Assembly: GCA_030682795.1 (NCBI GenBank)
Contig: JAUXNJ010000009.1
Location: forward strand, 8,582 to 72,581
Source: Sphingobacteriaceae bacterium
GTDB lineage: Bacteria; Bacteroidota; Bacteroidia; UBA7662
Length of the DNA stretch: 64,000 bases
Direction: 5' to 3'
Positions within the stretch are counted from its first letter, which is position 1; every line of letters starts with the position of its first letter. A program made the translations under genes and the position numbers. Positions 17,764 to 26,330 of this stretch are shown in pieces. Under the pieces are notes generated by a model. That model was not told the DNA's origin, did not search any database, and saw only the letters and a program-made list of their open reading frames with translations.

Positions 17764-18864
17764 ATGAAAAACTATCTTCTTCTGGCCTGTCTTTGGGTGT
17801 TTACCTTGACAGTCCAAGCGCAAGTGACCGACGACGACGATGATATTGATTATGGTGCCGTTGAGCTGGCCGATGGTAGCATGTCAAAAACTTTTGCCAA
17901 TTCACGCATCCTTGGCACCTCGCCGCAGCGTTTTGTGAGCGTGGGTTGGGATGTGCAAGCGCCATATGACATGACCTTTTCGCCCATTGGCAGTTTTGCA
18001 GAAGGAACAGCCTTTAACGATGTTGATCAAGCCACGGGCCGAGCAACCTACACTGGTGGTTTCAGGCTGAACGCCAATATACCCGTAATTTCACGGAATA
18101 CCTTGGTATGGCAAATGGGTGCTACTTATTGGGACACACGCTACAACATTACCAATATCGCAGGAAATGCTTCTGGCCAAAGTGTTTTAAATGCTTTGAA
18201 CCAAAACGGAATTCGTACAGGCGGCATCAATACCACCATTTATAAGCCCTTGAGTGAATATCAATTTGTTCTCGTGCAAGCCTCGGTAGATATGAGTGGT
18301 GACTATGGCCTCGGCTTACAAAGCGAAGTACGCACCTCGGTAGCGGCCATGTGGGGAAAGCGCCCCAACGACCGCAAGCAATGGGCCGTGGGTTTGTCGC
18401 GAACCTACCGCGTAGGTGCCATGAACTACATCCCCATTTGGTTGTACAACTGGACTGCCCCCAACCGCAAATGGGGCATTGAGGCTTTGTTGCCTGCACG
18501 AGGCGCAGTGCGCTACAACATCGACCGGAACAGCATGATTTTGGCTGGTTTTGAGCTAGAAGGTCAGAGTTATCGCCTGAATACCTTGTCAGAAACCTTG
18601 GCTGCCGCGGGACTTGCCCCAGGAAGTCTCGAAATACGCCGTGGTGAACTCCGTCCCCGACTCGAGTATATGCGACAGCTCACCGGCTATTTTTGGCTCG
18701 GGGTTCAAGCCGGGTACCGACTCAACTTCAGCTACGATGCAGATGTGCTGCCAGGAGGTAAAGAGTTTTTCAGAGGCTTCTTCGGCGACCAAAACTTCGC
18801 CATGCTCAACAGCATTGGAAATGCGCCTTACGCCCAAATCACAATCAATTTTGTGAGTCCGTAA
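17764..18864 (+). CDS. Putative outer-membrane beta-barrel protein
   Basis: Signal peptide (..LTVQAQ), an acidic DDDDDID stretch, then alternating-hydrophobicity strands throughout. 366 aa. Confidence 0.55.
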   Translation: MKNYLLLACLWVFTLTVQAQVTDDDDDIDYGAVELADGSMSKTFANSRILGTSPQRFVSVGWDVQAPYDMTFSPIGSFAEGTAFNDVDQATGRATYTGGFRLNANIPVISRNTLVWQMGATYWDTRYNITNIAGNASGQSVLNALNQNGIRTGGINTTIYKPLSEYQFVLVQASVDMSGDYGLGLQSEVRTSVAAMWGKRPNDRKQWAVGLSRTYRVGAMNYIPIWLYNWTAPNRKWGIEALLPARGAVRYNIDRNSMILAGFELEGQSYRLNTLSETLAAAGLAPGSLEIRRGELRPRLEYMRQLTGYFWLGVQAGYRLNFSYDADVLPGGKEFFRGFFGDQNFAMLNSIGNAPYAQITINFVSP

Positions 18865-18884
18865 GGTAAACAACTCCATTCGAG

Positions 18885-18914
18885 GCCGCTTTCCATTGAA
18901 AGCGGCTTTTTTTT
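18885..18914 (+). terminator. Rho-independent terminator
   Basis: 9-bp stem GCCGCTTTC/GAAAGCGGC with a 4-nt loop, followed by T8. Confidence 0.8.
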
Positions 18915-18926
18915 GCTCTTTATTCC

Positions 18927-20123
18927 CTAAAACCGCTGAAAATCACACACCACACAAATGCCTATGCCATTGGCATCTTTGGTAAAAAACAACCGGGCAT
19001 CGTCTCCATCGGGCATTTTGAGCACTTTGCGGATGGCAGCCACTTCCAGAAAAAAGTCGCGCTTGGCCATGTGCACCCGCTTAATGCCTTGGCCCTGCAG
19101 ATAGCTTTGAAGCACTTTAGGCTTGTAAGGCAGCACCTCTTTAATCAAAAATTGCCGCCCTGGATAGCCACTTAGCCAATAAGGCAACATATAATAGGCA
19201 GCCTGGGGATTAAAGGCTTTAAGTCCGGCCTGAGCAGCATGCGCTTTGTCGAGCCGCAACTTGGTGAGTCCCGCATGCGGCTCAAGCAAATACATCCCCG
19301 GCACCGCATTTGCAATTTCTGGTGTATTGGCCAGGGCCATACTGCTAAAACGATCAGCCACCAAGCCGTTCTTACCAAGCAAAACAGCCTCATAGCGGGT
19401 AATTCCTGCAAAACCAGGCTGATAATGGAAGAGTAACTCCTTTAACTCATCCTGCCAACAAATAGCATAAACAGCCGTTGGCTTTCCCAGCTGCAACTCG
19501 CAAGCCGTAATATCATTCATGGGCGAGGCTTTGATCCACACCTGCTCAAATTTTTCGAAAAGCGCGGGCAGGAGTTTAGTAACGTCGGGACTGCTGGCCG
19601 AAAAATCGAACACCCTTTGTCCTCCAGACCGGCGGTCGGGATCGAGGTAAACCGTGCCTCCCGACAATAACTGCGGTAATACCTCCTCCGCCAAACCTTC
19701 GTGCAACTGCACTGCCGCTTTCCCTGCAAAATTGTGTCGTATCAAAGCAGCATGCTCGGCATCGGCTTCTACCAATTGTAGGCGCTCCGCTTGCGGTAAC
19801 ACAAAATAGGCATCTACACCTGCCCCGGCTGTAAGGTCGGTAAAGTAGCGGTCGGCCATCAATTCGGCTTTAAAACGTGCCACCGGCTCTGCAGTACATT
19901 GCTCAAAACTTTTGGCCGTAAATAACCAAGGCAGGGCAGCCAGACCAGGCACCTTAAGCTCTGCTTTTTCTTGCAGGTGCATTTGCTCCAAAATAAATTT
20001 GGCATCCTCACCAAACTCCTTGATAGCCAGATTTAAAAGTTTGGCTTCAGGCGTTTTGGCCTCCTGCAGCATAAAATTTTTAGCCTTTACTGTGGTTAAT
20101 GCGGATAGACGATCGGTACTCAT
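18927..20123 (-). CDS. Class I SAM-dependent methyltransferase with a THUMP-like C-terminal domain
   Basis: Start trimmed to MSTDRLSAL (ATG at 20123), giving 398 aa. SAM-binding motif FTDLTAGAGVDAYF and the VYLDPDRR motif are present. The 167 upstream codons in the track ORF overlap two opposite-strand lipoprotein genes. Confidence 0.7.
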   Translation of the reverse strand: MSTDRLSALTTVKAKNFMLQEAKTPEAKLLNLAIKEFGEDAKFILEQMHLQEKAELKVPGLAALPWLFTAKSFEQCTAEPVARFKAELMADRYFTDLTAGAGVDAYFVLPQAERLQLVEADAEHAALIRHNFAGKAAVQLHEGLAEEVLPQLLSGGTVYLDPDRRSGGQRVFDFSASSPDVTKLLPALFEKFEQVWIKASPMNDITACELQLGKPTAVYAICWQDELKELLFHYQPGFAGITRYEAVLLGKNGLVADRFSSMALANTPEIANAVPGMYLLEPHAGLTKLRLDKAHAAQAGLKAFNPQAAYYMLPYWLSGYPGRQFLIKEVLPYKPKVLQSYLQGQGIKRVHMAKRDFFLEVAAIRKVLKMPDGDDARLFFTKDANGIGICVVCDFQRF

Positions 20124-20157
20124 GTATAATTGAAAAAAAAATTGCGTTATTTGTAGG

Positions 20158-20337
20158 ATGCGATTTGCCGAAAAACGATTTTTGTGCCTCGCCCTGATTG
20201 CTTGCTTGGGTCTTGCTGCTTGCCAGAAAGACACCTGCCCCGCCTTCGAAACAAGCGAAAAGCGGTTCAGCAAAAAGGCCAAGGCGAAGAAAAAGTTATA
20301 CTCGAAAGATCGGGACCTCTTTGGTAATAAACGATAA
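20158..20337 (+). CDS. Mini-lipoprotein A (59 aa) with C-x4-CPAF motif; not in the ORF track
   Basis: Hand translation: MRFAEKRFLCLALIACLGLAACQKDTCPAFETSEKRFSKKAKAKKKLYSKDRDLFGNKR*. It has a lipobox (LAAC) and shares the post-cysteine motif with the next ORF. Confidence 0.45.
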   Translation: MRFAEKRFLCLALIACLGLAACQKDTCPAFETSEKRFSKKAKAKKKLYSKDRDLFGNKR

Positions 20338-20341
20338 AGAA

Positions 20342-20461
20342 ATGAAAAAGCTAGTTTTAATCGCTGTGGTATTGTTAGCAAGTGCCGCCATGAGTGCTTG
20401 TAACCGCAATGCTTGCCCTGCCTTTTCGCAGGTAGAAACACCTGCCGAGGCACGTTCGTAA
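20342..20461 (+). CDS. Mini-lipoprotein B (39 aa) with C-x4-CPAF motif
   Basis: MKKLVLIAVVLLASAAMSACNRNACPAFSQVETPAEARS*. Textbook signal peptide and lipobox. Its stop overlaps the ytxJ-like ATG (TAATG at 20459-20463). Confidence 0.55.
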   Translation: MKKLVLIAVVLLASAAMSACNRNACPAFSQVETPAEARS

Positions 20462-20796
20462 TGGCTTGGGTTCCCCTCGAATCCGCTGACCAACTCGCTG
20501 AATTGGTGGCTTTGTCGCACCAAACACCTGTCTTATTTTTCAAACATAGCACCCGCTGCAGCATCAGTACTGCCGCTTGGGGGCGTATGGAACGTGGCGA
20601 AGCCAAACTTCCTGCCAATACCACCTTCGTTTACCTCGATTTGATTCGCTTTCGTGCCCTAAGTGATGCGCTGGCCCAAACTTTCAAGGTTACTCACGAA
20701 TCACCACAAGTATTACTCATTCACCAGGGTCAATGCGTATACCACGCCAGTCATTTCGAAATTCGACCAGAATACCTACCTGCCATTTCAACTTAG
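20461..20796 (+). CDS. ytxJ: YtxJ-like monothiol thioredoxin-fold protein (bacillithiol-system type, DUF2847)
   Basis: Start trimmed to MAWVPLES. Single-Cys motif FKHSTRCSIS and HESPQVLLI are as in YtxJ proteins. 111 aa. Confidence 0.7.
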   Translation: MAWVPLESADQLAELVALSHQTPVLFFKHSTRCSISTAAWGRMERGEAKLPANTTFVYLDLIRFRALSDALAQTFKVTHESPQVLLIHQGQCVYHASHFEIRPEYLPAIST

Positions 20797-21207
20797 TGGC
20801 TGTTTCCCGTATACAAAAGTAATTTCCTGTTTTAAGTCTGGATGCAGACTCATGGCCACCGGACAAGTGCGCGCCGTACGCTCAATGAGTACACGGTCGT
20901 GCTCTGAATAAGCACGAGGAAAACTTAATCTGACCTCGATACCCGTAATACGGCGCGGCTCGGTGCCCATTATTTTTAGCGAATCGCCCTCCATCCCACT
21001 TACATTTATACCATGTGCCTCGGCCATGATGCCAATTACCGTCATCATACAGCTTACCAATGCACTGCTCAATAGGTCGGTAGGTGAAAAAGCCTCTCCT
21101 TTTCCGTGATTATCAAGGGGTGCATCTGTAATAATTTCGTTCCCAGAGCGTATATGGGTAGCAGCGGTTCGCAATTCTCCCAAGTATTTGATGTATGCTG
21201 TCTTCAT
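20788..21207 (-). CDS. OsmC/Ohr family peroxiredoxin-like protein
   Basis: 139 aa. FSPTDLLSSALVSCMMT and ARTCPVAMSL contain the two conserved OsmC cysteines. Confidence 0.85.
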   Translation of the reverse strand: MKTAYIKYLGELRTAATHIRSGNEIITDAPLDNHGKGEAFSPTDLLSSALVSCMMTVIGIMAEAHGINVSGMEGDSLKIMGTEPRRITGIEVRLSFPRAYSEHDRVLIERTARTCPVAMSLHPDLKQEITFVYGKQPLS

Positions 21208-21259
21208 ATTTGCTAATTTAGAGAACTTTTAGCAGCTTCATCTGTGTTTTAATTACCTT

Positions 21260-22015
21260 ATGCAAAAGTGTTTGTTTGTGTTGATGGCTTGGCTGCTGCC
21301 GCTTTCTGTTCTGAAAGCGCAGGGCAATGAGGAGGCGCCATTAGGTCCGCAACTCAACTATTTCAAATATGCCACTGGAGGCATAGGTTTGCATAATTTT
21401 GGCTGGTATGTTGGCGGCAAATATGGCAAAAGCAAATCGCGACTCGACGATCGGATCTGGGAATTCGATCTCTGGCGCACCCGCCATCCAAAAGAAGTAC
21501 GCATCAGCAATCCTTCCTTTATCAACCCACGGCCGTATGTGCTTGGTAAATTAAACGATGCTTTTTTTATGCATATCGGCTACGGCACCCAGCGGTTGAT
21601 TTTCGATAAAAGTGATAAAGCCGGTGTAGAAGTGCGCTACCAAATCAGCTTAGGGCCCAGTTTCGCCTTGCTTAAACCCATCTATCTCGACATCCTTTAT
21701 CCTCTCAATCCTAACGAGCCTCGCAATCTTACTACTCGAAGCGAGCGTTATGACCCAGAGCGGCATTTTGAAAACAACATTTATGGCAGCTCACGTTTTG
21801 GCTCTGGATTAGATGAGATAAATGTTTTGCCAGGCTTGTACGCTAAAGGCGGTTTTATTTTCGAATGGGGCGCATTTACTGAGGAAATCAAAATTTTAGA
21901 AGCAGGCCTAAGCGTCGATTTTTTTCCACAAGGGGTACCTGTAATGTCGTTTGTACCCCAAAAACAATTATTCCTTTCCTTCTACCTCGGTTTCCACTTA
22001 GGGAAGCGCTGGTAA
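21260..22015 (+). CDS. Hypothetical outer-membrane protein
   Basis: Signal peptide (..SVLKAQ), beta-rich composition, C-terminal aromatic residue (..GKRW). 251 aa. Confidence 0.5.
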   Translation: MQKCLFVLMAWLLPLSVLKAQGNEEAPLGPQLNYFKYATGGIGLHNFGWYVGGKYGKSKSRLDDRIWEFDLWRTRHPKEVRISNPSFINPRPYVLGKLNDAFFMHIGYGTQRLIFDKSDKAGVEVRYQISLGPSFALLKPIYLDILYPLNPNEPRNLTTRSERYDPERHFENNIYGSSRFGSGLDEINVLPGLYAKGGFIFEWGAFTEEIKILEAGLSVDFFPQGVPVMSFVPQKQLFLSFYLGFHLGKRW

Positions 22016-22020
22016 TTCAT

Positions 22021-22028
22021 TAATTTTG
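22021..22028 (+). promoter_or_regulatory. Candidate -7 box (TAATTTTG) only 4 nt from the lipA ATG
   Basis: TAnnTTTG match between the upstream stop (22015) and the ATG at 22033. This would imply a leaderless or near-leaderless mRNA. Confidence 0.3.
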
Positions 22029-22032
22029 AGCC

Positions 22033-22905
22033 ATGCAAGATACTTTGGTCCTAGACGTTCGCCAAGAACGACGTAAAAAGCCCAATTGGCTGCGGGTAAA
22101 ACTGCCCACAGGAAAAGAATACCTCCGGGTACGCAACCTGGTAGATCAATATAAGTTGCACACCATTTGCGAAAGTGGTAGTTGTCCAAACATGGGCGAA
22201 TGCTGGGGTGCCGGCACTGCCACTTTCATGATTTTAGGCAACGTGTGCACCCGCGGTTGTTCGTTTTGCGCCGTGGCCACCGGCAGGCCTACCGAGCTCG
22301 ACCTCGATGAACCCTATCGCGTAGCGGAAGCCATTCGTTTGATGGAAGTGAAGCACGCCGTTCTTACCTCGGTAAACCGCGATGAGCTTAAAGATCGCGG
22401 CGCCAGCGTATGGGCAGCCACCGTGCGCGAAATCCGCAAGCAATCGCCCGGCACTACCATGGAAACCCTCATTCCCGACGTAAAAGGAAATTGGGAAGCC
22501 CTCGAACTCATGATTTCGGAACGCCCCGAAGTGGTTTCGCACAATATGGAAACGGTGAAAAGACTCTATCGCACCGTGCGCCCACAGGCCAAATACGAAC
22601 GCAGTTTGGAACAGCTGAGTCGCATCAAAGCAGCGGGTTTGCGCACCAAAACTGGCTTTATGGTGGGCTTAGGCGAAACACCCGAAGAAGTCAATGAAAT
22701 TCTCTACGACCTCAAAGCCGCTGGCGTTGATGTAGTGACCATTGGTCAATACCTGCAACCAACCAAAATGCACCTCGAAGTAGCCGAGTTTGTAACCCCC
22801 GAGCAGTTTAAGCTGTACGAAGAGATGGGCTATGCCAAGGGCTTCAACTTTGTAGAAAGCGGTCCTTTGGTACGCTCTTCCTACCATGCAGAAAGGCACA
22901 TCTGA
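22033..22905 (+). CDS. lipA: Lipoyl synthase
   Basis: Radical-SAM [10 protein letters not shown] cluster plus the N-terminal [12 protein letters not shown] auxiliary cluster motif. 290 aa. Confidence 0.95.
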   Translation: MQDTLVLDVRQERRKKPNWLRVKLPTGKEYLRVRNLVDQYKLHTICESGSCPNMGECWGAGTATFMILGNVCTRGCSFCAVATGRPTELDLDEPYRVAEAIRLMEVKHAVLTSVNRDELKDRGASVWAATVREIRKQSPGTTMETLIPDVKGNWEALELMISERPEVVSHNMETVKRLYRTVRPQAKYERSLEQLSRIKAAGLRTKTGFMVGLGETPEEVNEILYDLKAAGVDVVTIGQYLQPTKMHLEVAEFVTPEQFKLYEEMGYAKGFNFVESGPLVRSSYHAERHI

Positions 22906-23198
22906 TGGCCATCCGCGGCAGGTCACAAACGCTCGATCATGTGTTGAGCGAGCTCATCAACACCTACAAATTGCGCGGCAAGCTCGATGAAGTAGAGCTG
23001 CACCGCTTTTGGGAAGAATTGCTAGGGCCTCAAATCAATTCCCAAACCGAAGGCCTGTATTTGCAAGGCGAAAAAGTGCTGGTTCGGCTCAGTAGCTCGG
23101 TGCTTCGCTCGGAACTCGGTATGGCCAAAGAGAGCATTTTAGCAAAGATTAACCAACGTTTTGGCTCAAATCGGGTCAAAGACCTTATTTTTATCTGA
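22905..23198 (+). CDS. DUF721 (DciA-like) domain protein
   Basis: 97 aa. The pattern [32 protein letters not shown] is typical of DUF721. Its ATG overlaps the lipA stop (TGATG). Confidence 0.65.
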   Translation: MAIRGRSQTLDHVLSELINTYKLRGKLDEVELHRFWEELLGPQINSQTEGLYLQGEKVLVRLSSSVLRSELGMAKESILAKINQRFGSNRVKDLIFI

Positions 23199-23212
23199 AT
23201 CAAACCAAGCAT

Positions 23213-23818
23213 ATGGCACAATTAATCATCGTACGTCACGGACAATCGCAGTGGAACCTCGAAAATCGTTTTACCGGCTGGGTAGACGTACCGCTATCAG
23301 AAAAAGGTGTGGCAGAAGCCAAGGAAGCAGGACAAAAGCTCAAGGATTTTCGTTTCGATGAAGCCTTCACCAGCGATTTGCAGCGTGCACAGCATACTTT
23401 GAACTACATACTCGAGACCAGCGGCCAAACCAACATCCCTATTACTAAAAATGTGGCGCTCAACGAGCGCATGTACGGTGACTTGCAGGGGCTCGATAAA
23501 GCCGATACCGCCGCCAAATACGGCGATGAGCAAGTATTGATTTGGCGCCGCAGCTACGACGTAGCTCCCCCAGCTGGCGAAAGTTTAAAAGATACGGCCG
23601 CCCGGGTAATTCCCTATGTGGAAGCCGAAATTGTACCCAAACTCAAAGCTGGCAAAAACATCATTATTGCCGCCCATGGCAACAGTTTGCGGGCACTGGT
23701 GATGTACCTCGAAAAAATGACGCCTGAAGAAATCCTGAAGTTTGAAATACCTACTGGCTCGCCCCGTTTGTATGAGCTAGACGGTGATTTAAACATCCAA
23801 AAAGCCGTTTATCTTTAA
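23213..23818 (+). CDS. gpmA: 2,3-bisphosphoglycerate-dependent phosphoglycerate mutase (short form)
   Basis: [21 protein letters not shown] phosphohistidine motif and [10 protein letters not shown] second His motif. 201 aa. Confidence 0.9.
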   Translation: MAQLIIVRHGQSQWNLENRFTGWVDVPLSEKGVAEAKEAGQKLKDFRFDEAFTSDLQRAQHTLNYILETSGQTNIPITKNVALNERMYGDLQGLDKADTAAKYGDEQVLIWRRSYDVAPPAGESLKDTAARVIPYVEAEIVPKLKAGKNIIIAAHGNSLRALVMYLEKMTPEEILKFEIPTGSPRLYELDGDLNIQKAVYL

Positions 23819-23921
23819 AAATGACCAAAAGCAGTAGGAGTGCCGCGTTGCGCTCCCGAAGCTTTTGTGCCATGCAAAACCTTTATCTCCATTTAATTAT
23901 ACGCGAACCTAGAAAATACAT

Positions 23922-24890
23922 ATGGCCATTAGTTTTTCATCCGACAAAGAAGCAGTAGACGCCCTTGCGCAACGCTATCAGCAAAGTCTGAAAGAGGTGC
24001 AGCAGATCATTATTGGTCAAGATGAGATTGTAAAAGCCGTGCTCATAGGCGTTTTCAGCAACGGACATTGCCTGTTGGTAGGTGTGCCAGGCTTGGCCAA
24101 AACCTTGCTCGTACAAACCATGGGTCGCGTACTCGATTTGAGCTTTAGCCGGGTGCAGTTTACACCCGACCTCATGCCTGGCGACATCACGGGTTCGGAA
24201 ATTCTCGACGACCAAAAGCAATTCCGTTTTATACAAGGGCCATTGTTCGCCAACATCGTGCTGGCCGACGAAATTAACCGTACGCCACCCAAAACCCAGA
24301 GCGCCTTGCTCGAAGCCATGCAAGAGCGGCAGGTGACGGTGGCAGGCAAGCGCTACGAATTGCCAAAGCCGTTTTTTGTGCTCGCTACGCAAAACCCCAT
24401 TGAACAAGAAGGCACCTATCCACTACCGGAGGCCCAACTAGACCGCTTTATGCTCAACGTTTGGCTCGACTATCCGAGTTTTGAAGACGAGCTCCGCGTG
24501 GTGAAACAAACCACCACTGACAAACAGCCGGTAGTGAACAAAGTAATTGGTGCTGAGGAGATTTTATACTTCCAGCAATTGGTGCGTCGCATGCCCATTG
24601 CAGACAATGTGCTGGAATATGCTGTCAAATTGGCAAACAAAACGCGGCCGAATAGTCAGTATGCCACCGCCGATACCAATAAATACCTCAGTTGGGGGGC
24701 TGGACCGCGTGCTTCGCAGTACCTCACCATCGGAGCAAAATGCCACGCTGCCTTGAGCAATAAATACTCACCCGATATAGAAGATGTTCAGGCTGTGGCA
24801 GTTAACATTCTCCGCCACCGCATCGTACTCAACTATAAAGCTGAGGCAGAAGGATTAAAAGCCGACGACCTCATCAAAAAATTGATGTAA
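23922..24890 (+). CDS. MoxR-like AAA+ ATPase
   Basis: Walker A GVPGLAKT, Walker B VLADEINR and FFVLATQNPIEQEGTYPLPEAQLDRF are typical of the MoxR/RavA family. Confidence 0.9.
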   Translation: MAISFSSDKEAVDALAQRYQQSLKEVQQIIIGQDEIVKAVLIGVFSNGHCLLVGVPGLAKTLLVQTMGRVLDLSFSRVQFTPDLMPGDITGSEILDDQKQFRFIQGPLFANIVLADEINRTPPKTQSALLEAMQERQVTVAGKRYELPKPFFVLATQNPIEQEGTYPLPEAQLDRFMLNVWLDYPSFEDELRVVKQTTTDKQPVVNKVIGAEEILYFQQLVRRMPIADNVLEYAVKLANKTRPNSQYATADTNKYLSWGAGPRASQYLTIGAKCHAALSNKYSPDIEDVQAVAVNILRHRIVLNYKAEAEGLKADDLIKKLM

Positions 24891-24943
24891 GTCGCACGAA
24901 ATTGGCACCTGCTTTGTTTAAGTTGCAATAAAATTATACTACT

Positions 24944-25618
24944 ATGTATATCATTCTCATGTTAGCCATCATGGTAGCCAGCTGGGCTGTCGGGGCACGC
25001 TTCAAAAGTCGTTTTGCAAAATACGCAGCCACTCCACTGGCTTCAGGGCTTTCTGGTCTTGAAATTGCCCAAAAAATGTTGCGCGATCACGACATCCACG
25101 ATGTAAAAATTATTTCTACCGAAGGTCAGCTCACCGACCACTACAATCCCACTAACAAAACCGTAAACTTGAGTCACGATGTGTACTACGGCCGCTCTGT
25201 AGCTGCCGCGGCTGTTTCAGCGCACGAAGTAGGCCACGCGGTGCAGCATGCCAGGGCTTACAGCTGGTTGCAGTTTCGTTCTTCTATGGTGCCTGCTTTA
25301 AGTGTTGCAAGCAAGTTTATGCCATGGTTGTTGCTAGGTGGTATTCTCACACTGCAAGTATTTCCACAGTTGTTGCTCATCGGCATTGTTTTGTTTGCGC
25401 TTACCACCATCTTTAGCTTTGTAACCCTGCCGGTAGAATTTGACGCCAGTCGCCGCGCCCTGGTATGGCTCAACAATGCCAATGTAACCAGCAGTCAGCA
25501 ACACACCCAAGCCAAAGATGCTTTGCATTGGGCCGCCATGACCTACGTCATTGCTGCTTTGAGCTCACTCGCCACTTTGCTGTATTATGTGATGATTTAT
25601 ATGGGCCGTCGCGATTAA
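24944..25618 (+). CDS. Membrane zinc metallopeptidase (YugP/Zn_peptidase_2-like)
   Basis: HEVGHAVQH zincin motif flanked by TM helices. 224 aa. Confidence 0.8.
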   Translation: MYIILMLAIMVASWAVGARFKSRFAKYAATPLASGLSGLEIAQKMLRDHDIHDVKIISTEGQLTDHYNPTNKTVNLSHDVYYGRSVAAAAVSAHEVGHAVQHARAYSWLQFRSSMVPALSVASKFMPWLLLGGILTLQVFPQLLLIGIVLFALTTIFSFVTLPVEFDASRRALVWLNNANVTSSQQHTQAKDALHWAAMTYVIAALSSLATLLYYVMIYMGRRD

Positions 25619-25644
25619 CCCCTATTTTATCCGAAAGCTAACAA

Positions 25645-25677
25645 AACCCCGTCGGTAAATTGCCGTCGGGGTTTTTT
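25645..25677 (+). terminator. Rho-independent terminator
   Basis: Stem CCCCGTCGG/CCGTCGGGG (one central mismatch) followed by T6. Confidence 0.7.
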
Positions 25678-25699
25678 ATGGCTTGTCCATGTCATTGCT

Positions 25700-25707
25700 T
25701 ACTTTTG
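25700..25707 (+). promoter_or_regulatory. Candidate -7 box (TACTTTTG)
   Basis: TAnnTTTG 16 nt upstream of the TTG start at 25724. Confidence 0.35.
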
Positions 25708-25723
25708 TCGTAAACAAATTATT

Positions 25724-26329
25724 TTGTTCCGCACACCTGATTTCATTCGTCGCATTTCACCCGCAGTAGATTGGGGAGATTACCGCCAGCAAGAGCCGGT
25801 GGTTTACCTCACTTTCGACGATGGACCCATTCCTGAAGTCACGCCCTGGGTGCTCGACCTACTCGCAAAATACAGCGCCAAAGCCACTTTTTTCTGCTTG
25901 GGCAAACATGTAGAACGCTATCCTGAGCTGTACCAACGCATTCAAGCCGAAGGGCACCGCATTGGTAACCATACATATGATCACCCCGATGGCTGGAGAA
26001 CCGACAACCTCACTTACTATAAAAACGTAATCAAAAGCGCTACCCTCATCGATACCGATTTGTTTCGCCCACCTTACGGCCGCATCACGCCCCGCCAGGT
26101 GCGGGCACTCAAAAAGCGCTATAAAATTGTACTGTGGTCGATTTTGAGTGAAGATTACGACCGCAAGCAAACCCCCGAGCAGTGCGTGGCCAACGTTACG
26201 GGCAAAGTGCGGCCTGGCGACATCCTCGTTTTCCACGACAGCATCAAAGCCGAACCCAACCTCCGGGGTTGTCTCGAACCCACCCTTCAATACCTCCAAG
26301 CCAGCGGCTTCCGCTTCCCAGTCCTTTAA
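25724..26329 (+). CDS. Polysaccharide deacetylase (CE4/NodB) family protein
   Basis: VYLTFDDGP motif 1 and HRIGNHTYDHP motif 2. TTG start. 201 aa. Confidence 0.85.
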   Translation: MFRTPDFIRRISPAVDWGDYRQQEPVVYLTFDDGPIPEVTPWVLDLLAKYSAKATFFCLGKHVERYPELYQRIQAEGHRIGNHTYDHPDGWRTDNLTYYKNVIKSATLIDTDLFRPPYGRITPRQVRALKKRYKIVLWSILSEDYDRKQTPEQCVANVTGKVRPGDILVFHDSIKAEPNLRGCLEPTLQYLQASGFRFPVL

Positions 26330-26330
26330 C

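Noticed and set aside
20124-20624. A 167-codon N-terminal extension of the methyltransferase ORF (the track gives 18927-20624)
   Set aside because: The extension is Arg/Ser/Lys-rich with no domain signal. It runs antisense across two lipoprotein ORFs and the ytxJ start. The methyltransferase homology begins at MSTDRLSAL (ATG at 20123).
23819-23921. A small ORF starting at the ATG at 23821, and a GGAGTGC/GCGCTCC hairpin, between gpmA and moxR
   Set aside because: The ORF has no signal peptide or motif, and it runs out of frame into the moxR gene. The hairpin lacks a U-tract, so I do not call it a terminator.
26148-26330. An N-terminal extension of the TatD ORF overlapping the polysaccharide deacetylase gene
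   Set aside because: The extension is a Pro/Ser/Thr-rich out-of-frame read-through of the deacetylase 3' end. The canonical TatD start MLIDTHTHL is the ATG at 26331, 1 nt after the upstream stop.
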